Below, in pieces: positions 59,190 to 64,000 of a stretch of 64,000 bases of DNA; position 1 is the stretch's first letter, and every line of letters begins with the position of its first letter. The notes beneath the pieces are model-generated. The model ran no database searches and was not told the DNA's origin. It saw nothing but the letters and a program-made list of their open reading frames with translations. The position numbers and the translations under genes were made by a program. Source of the stretch: Candidatus Amesbacteria bacterium RIFCSPLOWO2_01_FULL_49_25 (lineage in GTDB: Bacteria; Patescibacteriota; Microgenomatia; CAZETR01; Amesbacteraceae); contig MEXP01000009.1 in NCBI GenBank assembly GCA_001773725.1, positions 5,073 through 69,072 on the forward strand, in the 5' to 3' direction.

Positions 59190-60620
59190 TTATTCAAATT
59201 TATGACGGAAGCGGCGCTGAACTAAGAGGGGACCGATTTGATGTTCTTCTTCGACAGATGAGAAAAAGCTTTGACGGACGAGCCAGGTGTATCTAAGCTG
59301 AGGATGCTCATCGTCGGGTTCTACTATAGTGTAAAGGCGAGTGACCAGCCCGGTATCGGGAAAACGACGGTACCAGGTGGTACCGCGCCAGAGAAAGACA
59401 TAATCATAGGCGTGGGGAATAATCGGCGGCACATAGGCATCCGTATTAAAAGCCCGGTCTTTGGCATCTGTGTAGACCCAGTCTACTGCCTGGAGAATGG
59501 GGGAAAGGGAAATATAACCCGGAAAAGGACGGGAGAGCAGTGCAAAAGTCTGGGAAATGTTCTGGTAGAGAAAGACTGCTAAAAAGGAGACTAAAACCAA
59601 GCGATTTAAGCGAATGGCCAAGACGGAAAAAATGATAACAAAAACTAAATAAAACCCAGTGAAATAATAGTCATAAACGTTACCCTCATTGCCATGAAAA
59701 AAGAGCATGCCGACTAATGGTGTGAAAAACAGCACTAAAAGGAGTTGGAAGTGATTTGAGAATTTGCGAAATAAGGAAAGCCCACAAAGGGGGAGAAATA
59801 TATAAGCCGGAAGAAGACTGGAGGGGAACAATTTGGATCCGAAGGTTTGGAGATAAAAAGGCAGACGTACTATAAGAGTGTCCAAAAAAGAGAGTTGGAA
59901 ACTTTTGTCGGCAACAAAAAATTTGAGCAAATTTTGACTAATAATTCCCTGATGCCGGATATCAAAAAGAATCTGGGGAGCGAAACTGAGAAAGATGGCG
60001 GACAGGGAGAGAAGAAAAATTTTAAAACCGGGGAAAAGTGATCTATTGAAAGCTAAAAAAATAATAATGGCGGGTAGGATAAAAATTTCCGTGGCACTAC
60101 CGAACTGCATGGATTGGCCAAAAAGAAAACCGACCCCTATCCAGGCCCATTTCTTTCCGTCTATGACTTTAAATAAGAAGTAGACCAGAAGCATGTTGAT
60201 AAGAAACATGGGGGTAGGATTGCTTAGCCAGCGGGAAGCGTGCATCAGAGGATATGATATGGCCGTGATGAATACGGCGAGCAGGCCGGCACGGGAACCG
60301 GCGATTTTAGTGGTGAGGTGGCAAACCAAAAAAGCTGCCAGGACAGTGGTTGAGCTTAAGAAAACGGCTGGCCAGACGGGGTTCCCGTTTCCCAACCAAT
60401 AAGCCGGGGTGATCAGCCAATAGTACCAGGGACCGCGGAATATACCGGAGATGCCGGTGACCGGGCCCACCAGAAAGAATTTGCCGTTGTGGATAAAGTC
60501 CCAAATAACCTTTGCGTCGCGACCCTGGTCGTACCAGAAACCCAAGAAATCCTGCGTCCGATAGACACGAAGAAAAAGAGCCAAACCCAAAATAGCTGCC
60601 AAAATTATTTTATGTTTCAT
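59190..60620 (-). CDS. GT-C-fold membrane glycosyltransferase, ArnT-like (family B)
   Basis: 'FWYDQGRDAKVIWDFIHNG...GIFRGPWYYWLITPAYWLG'; start set at MKHKIIL giving ATGA overlap with next gene. Confidence 0.7.
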   Translation of the reverse strand: MKHKIILAAILGLALFLRVYRTQDFLGFWYDQGRDAKVIWDFIHNGKFFLVGPVTGISGIFRGPWYYWLITPAYWLGNGNPVWPAVFLSSTTVLAAFLVCHLTTKIAGSRAGLLAVFITAISYPLMHASRWLSNPTPMFLINMLLVYFLFKVIDGKKWAWIGVGFLFGQSMQFGSATEIFILPAIIIFLAFNRSLFPGFKIFLLSLSAIFLSFAPQILFDIRHQGIISQNLLKFFVADKSFQLSFLDTLIVRLPFYLQTFGSKLFPSSLLPAYIFLPLCGLSLFRKFSNHFQLLLVLFFTPLVGMLFFHGNEGNVYDYYFTGFYLVFVIIFSVLAIRLNRLVLVSFLAVFLYQNISQTFALLSRPFPGYISLSPILQAVDWVYTDAKDRAFNTDAYVPPIIPHAYDYVFLWRGTTWYRRFPDTGLVTRLYTIVEPDDEHPQLRYTWLVRQSFFSSVEEEHQIGPLLVQRRFRHKFE

Positions 60621-62071
60621 ATATTGTGAACCAAACGCAGAACTTTTACACCCCAGGGGAAAGTCCATTCCTGGTCAATTTTGGACCAACCGAAGGCGGC
60701 GATTTCCCATAACGGGTTGTTAATTGGTTCACAGTCACTTTGTTCACAAATGACGAATAGTTGATCGGTCAATTTGTCATGGATGGTGTAATAAGGGGCA
60801 TCATTCAATTGCATAAAGTAGCGATAACTGGCGTCGTAGTTGTTTTTGGCGAGCAAGGCTAAGTTGAAAGGGGAATTTTGGGACTGCGATTTGATGAAGT
60901 TTGCTATTTCTATGGTGCGTGCCAGCTGATTGTTCGGTGAATTGCGGAAAGGGTTATTTTGAAGGGAGACAAAGAACAACGGTAGAACCAGCAGGATTCC
61001 CATAAACGCCAGTTTGGTTTTTTGGAACAGCTGGTTCAGAACGAAACCTAAAAGAAGAAAAATTGCCGGAAAAATAAAACCGTAATAATGATCATAGATG
61101 TGTTGTTTGTACAAACCGAGACCAATCAGGCCAAATCCCAACCAAGAAATAACGAACCAGGCGGCGGGTGATAAGCGGCGGCGAATGGCGTAAAGGATGG
61201 CCAAATCAAACAAACCGAAGGCCGCCCACTTGCCCACTAAGGAATTTTTGCCGGCGAGAAGACTCGTTGCCATGTCTTGCCAAATAGGCCAGAGATTGGG
61301 AACGGCTTTATATACTTTGAAATTGACAGTGGTTTGACGGTCTGTAAAAAAGGTTTTCATGGAGGAATAATTTTGCCAGCCGTGGCGTAAATCAAAGATG
61401 ACCAAGGGCGACATGAGTAATATCAAAATCCCAAACCCCATGAGCCAATATTTTTTGTTTGACTTCTTATCCGAGCTTAAGAATAAAAATAAAAGAATTG
61501 TGGGAAGTAGGAGAAAGCCTAAATAGTGAGAGTTGAGGACAAACGCAAAAGAAACTGCTGAGATGATTAGCCAGCGCCAGCGGCTGAAACGCCAGATATT
61601 CCAAACTCCATACATGGTTAAAAGAGCAAAAAAGGCCATGATATTGGGATTCCACGAAGAACGGGAGTAAATAATAACAGTGGGTGAAAGAGCGTACAAA
61701 GCTGAAACGGTCAATCCCGGCCAGCGTCCAAACCACGAGCGGCTGATCCACCATAAGAGCGCTACGGTTAACAACCCGAGTAAGGCCACAAAAACTGCAG
61801 GGCCAACGGGAGATAGGTTGAATAAAGCCAGAGAGGGGGCGGCTAAATAATAATAGAGAGGACCGAGATACATGTTGCCGATGGAAGTACCTGGACCAAT
61901 GGCGGGAAAGTGTTTGAGAGCGACAATGCCCTTCATAACAAGGGCGTCACGGCCTTCGTCGCCCAGAAAAGTCATGTATTGGTCTATTTTGTAAAGACGC
62001 AAGAAGGCTCCGAGGAGCAAAATGGAAATGATTGCGATTTTTTCTAGTCTCGTTATCGAAGTTTTTTCCAT
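60617..62071 (-). CDS. GT-C-fold membrane glycosyltransferase, ArnT-like (family B)
   Basis: 'TFLGDEGRDALVMKGIVAL...NMYLGPLYYYLAAPSLALF'. Confidence 0.7.
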   Translation of the reverse strand: MEKTSITRLEKIAIISILLLGAFLRLYKIDQYMTFLGDEGRDALVMKGIVALKHFPAIGPGTSIGNMYLGPLYYYLAAPSLALFNLSPVGPAVFVALLGLLTVALLWWISRSWFGRWPGLTVSALYALSPTVIIYSRSSWNPNIMAFFALLTMYGVWNIWRFSRWRWLIISAVSFAFVLNSHYLGFLLLPTILLFLFLSSDKKSNKKYWLMGFGILILLMSPLVIFDLRHGWQNYSSMKTFFTDRQTTVNFKVYKAVPNLWPIWQDMATSLLAGKNSLVGKWAAFGLFDLAILYAIRRRLSPAAWFVISWLGFGLIGLGLYKQHIYDHYYGFIFPAIFLLLGFVLNQLFQKTKLAFMGILLVLPLFFVSLQNNPFRNSPNNQLARTIEIANFIKSQSQNSPFNLALLAKNNYDASYRYFMQLNDAPYYTIHDKLTDQLFVICEQSDCEPINNPLWEIAAFGWSKIDQEWTFPWGVKVLRLVHNI

Positions 62072-62754
62072 AGCCGAAATAGGTCGACAAAACTTTTGAT
62101 AATGACATTCAAGTTGGCCCCAGTGCCGGAACCTGTTTTTCGGGGATAATGATGGACTCCAATTTCGATTATTTTGAATCCTGATTTTTTGGCTTTAATA
62201 AGGAACTCGCTAGAAATAAAGGCTCCCCGCGATGATTCCAGTTTGGGGATAGTGTCAATAACTTTTTTGGAAATAAGTTTAAATCCGCAGTCGATGTCCC
62301 GGATATTTAAACCAAAGAGTAAATTTACTGCTGTTTGCCAAAGTAGAGTATTAGCTTTTCGGTAAAAAGGGACTTGCCTTTTTAAGTAATAGCCAACAAC
62401 TAAGTCAGCCCCAGTTTGCTTTTGATTGTGAATAAAATTTGTAATTTCGGAAAAATCAAATTGGCCATCGGAGTCTGTAAAAGCTATCCAGGGAAATTTG
62501 GCGGCGTATAGTCCGCTTCTTAGGGACGCGCCGTAACCTTGATTGGGATTATGAGTGACGACTTTGATTCGTGCATCCTGGCGGACTAGTTTGGCGGCAA
62601 TTTCAGCTGTCCGGTCTTTGGATCCGTCGTTGACGATTATTATCTCCCAGTTTTTGACGACTTTTTCCAAAATTGATTTGGCCTTAACAACGGTATTTTC
62701 TATTTGTTCTTGTTCGTTGAAGGCCGGAAAAAAGACCGATAGCTCATCAAGCAT
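62053..62754 (-). CDS. DPM1-like GT2 glycosyltransferase
   Basis: 'LSVFFPAFNEQEQI', 'IIIVNDGSKDRT', 'IAFTDSDGQFD'. Confidence 0.8.
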   Translation of the reverse strand: MLDELSVFFPAFNEQEQIENTVVKAKSILEKVVKNWEIIIVNDGSKDRTAEIAAKLVRQDARIKVVTHNPNQGYGASLRSGLYAAKFPWIAFTDSDGQFDFSEITNFIHNQKQTGADLVVGYYLKRQVPFYRKANTLLWQTAVNLLFGLNIRDIDCGFKLISKKVIDTIPKLESSRGAFISSEFLIKAKKSGFKIIEIGVHHYPRKTGSGTGANLNVIIKSFVDLFRLWKKLR

Positions 62755-62787
62755 GCCTTAATAATATCAAAATGGTAATATTTAAGA

Positions 62788-63828
62788 GTGACCAGAGTGG
62801 TAAGAGATTTACTGATCTTGGCGGGTGTGGCTGTGGGATCGACAGTGATTTTGTGGATTACGACAGGGATGAAGGTGGTATATCAAAATTTTGACGGGCC
62901 ATATTACACGGCCGTTGCCAAGTGCTTTTATAACAAAGATTGCCTGGGTAAAAGTTTTGATTTTCCTTTGAAACTGGAATATTACCCGGCGCATTTCCCG
63001 TTGTACCCTACATTCATTAAGTTGATGGAGCCACTTGGGTTGATAAGGGCGGGGTTAATAATAAATATATTGGCCACAGTGGCGGCGGCAATTGTAATAT
63101 ATGAAGTAACAAAGAGGAATTTGTGGATAGCGATGACCTGGTTATTCTTCTGGCCAAGGATGTGGGTGGTGAGATCGATTGCTAGTCCAGAAACTTTATT
63201 TATTTTGTTTGTAGTTTTATCTTTATATCTTTTTGAAAAGAAAAGCTATTGGATGTCTGCATTGGCTGGATCGGCGGCGGTTTTGACAAAAAGCCCGGGA
63301 GTATTGTTGTTCGCGGTTTATGCATTGATGTTTGCAAGAAAACCGGACTCCAAAATATGGCCGGTTTTATTGATCCCCATAACATTGCTAGGGCTGTTTT
63401 ACTTTTTCAAAGTGCAGACAGGTGATTTCTTCGCCTACTTCCATTCGGGGGACAATATTCATTTACAATACTTGCCGTTTAAGGTGTTTGACAGCGGTCA
63501 ACCGTGGGTGGGGACGTTTTGGCTGGAGGATGTGTTGTGGATATACCTAATTGGAGCGATTGGAGTAATTAAAACTATGAGAAAAAATCAGGTGTGGGGC
63601 TACTTCGGAGTGGTGTTCTACGCGACTATTTTGTTCGTGTCACACCGGGATATTGCCCGGTATAGTCTGCCATTGGTGCCGGTAGTTTTGATCGGATTAT
63701 CTGAAATTTTTGAACGACGCGAAGTCAGATGGGCAATGGCGCTGCTTGTCGTACCGATGTTTTTTTACAGTGTGAATTTTCTGCTTCATAACCAATTGTC
63801 AATAGCCGACTGGGCTCCGTTTTTGTAG
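62788..63828 (+). CDS. Polytopic membrane protein resembling PIG-V/Gpi18-type mannosyltransferase (paralog of 19118-20224)
   Basis: 'QNFDGPYYTAVAKCFYN...YYPAHFPLYP' aligns with 'ANFDGNHYIRIAKNGYGYAEEAFFPLYP' of the other copy; ~8 TM. Confidence 0.45.
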   Translation: MTRVVRDLLILAGVAVGSTVILWITTGMKVVYQNFDGPYYTAVAKCFYNKDCLGKSFDFPLKLEYYPAHFPLYPTFIKLMEPLGLIRAGLIINILATVAAAIVIYEVTKRNLWIAMTWLFFWPRMWVVRSIASPETLFILFVVLSLYLFEKKSYWMSALAGSAAVLTKSPGVLLFAVYALMFARKPDSKIWPVLLIPITLLGLFYFFKVQTGDFFAYFHSGDNIHLQYLPFKVFDSGQPWVGTFWLEDVLWIYLIGAIGVIKTMRKNQVWGYFGVVFYATILFVSHRDIARYSLPLVPVVLIGLSEIFERREVRWAMALLVVPMFFYSVNFLLHNQLSIADWAPFL

Positions 63829-63837
63829 CCCTTCGAC

Positions 63838-64000
63838 TCAGGACTTCGGGGCATTGGTCTTCGTTTTCCAAATGAATTTGTTGTAGATGTAGTAGTTGAC
63901 GATGAGAACGATAAAGATGGCGCCGAAGTAGAAAAATTGGATAATGACGGCACTGCCGCGGGCAAAAAACTCGCCGATACGCAGGATGACAAACTGAATG
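63838..64000 (-). CDS. GtrA-family small membrane protein, 3'-partial (runs off window end)
   Basis: Minus-strand frame ending in TGA at 63838-63840 translates '...FVILRIGEFFARGSAVIIQFFYFGAIFIVLIVNYYIYNKFIWKTKTNAPKS*', matching the GtrA C-terminal VNYxxNxxWxF pattern; replaces the low-complexity ORF-track call 63786-63992. Confidence 0.5.
   Translation of the reverse strand, partial: IQFVILRIGEFFARGSAVIIQFFYFGAIFIVLIVNYYIYNKFIWKTKTNAPKS

Noticed and set aside
63786-63992. 68-aa ORF-track call at the window end
   Set aside because: Its translation is low-complexity Ser/Thr-rich. A different minus-strand frame of the same region gives a convincing GtrA-like C-terminus, so I report that instead.

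Overview
The 64-kb window is almost wall-to-wall coding, with about 95% of genes on the minus strand and many 1-4 bp start/stop overlaps. It appears to be one large cell-envelope glycan-assembly locus. I count at least 23 large polytopic membrane proteins. Most look like GT-C-fold (lipid-linked-sugar-using) glycosyltransferases, and they fall into about six paralog families. The main groups are family A (PMT_2/ArnT-like, 'DEAALGYNAYSLL' type, 8 copies in tandem arrays), family B ('D[EQ]GRDA' ArnT-like, 4 copies) and family C ('SLPPY..DEM.YHF' with a Cys-rich C-terminal domain, 3 copies). There is also a family D pair, a PIG-V-like pair and a family E pair. These are interleaved with about 17 GT2 glycosyltransferases, several of which are DPM1/GtrB-like polyprenyl-phosphate sugar synthases (two carry C-terminal TM anchors), and 2 GT4 enzymes. 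The locus also carries a GDP-fucose module (Gmd-GT2-Fcl), four SAM methyltransferases (one FkbM family), an AsnB-type amidotransferase, a Wzx flippase, and a Wzm/Wzt ABC exporter with a hexapeptide acetyltransferase. A DUF2304 protein and a truncated GtrA-like gene sit at the edges. Two unrelated-looking genes, a UPF0020-type RNA methyltransferase-like gene and a hypoxanthine-DNA-glycosylase-like gene, are embedded and translationally overlapped within the GT2 run. I saw no rRNA, tRNA, CRISPR array, transposase or integrase. The protein family style suggests a Patescibacteria/CPR-like organism, but that is low-confidence inference. I put forward as a hypothesis, not a demonstrated system, a multiplexed three-component (GtrA/GtrB-like GT2/GT-C) extracytoplasmic glycan-building system. 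It would be analogous in logic to mycobacterial DPA/PPM-dependent arabinan/mannan assembly and would have two export routes (Wzx and ABC).
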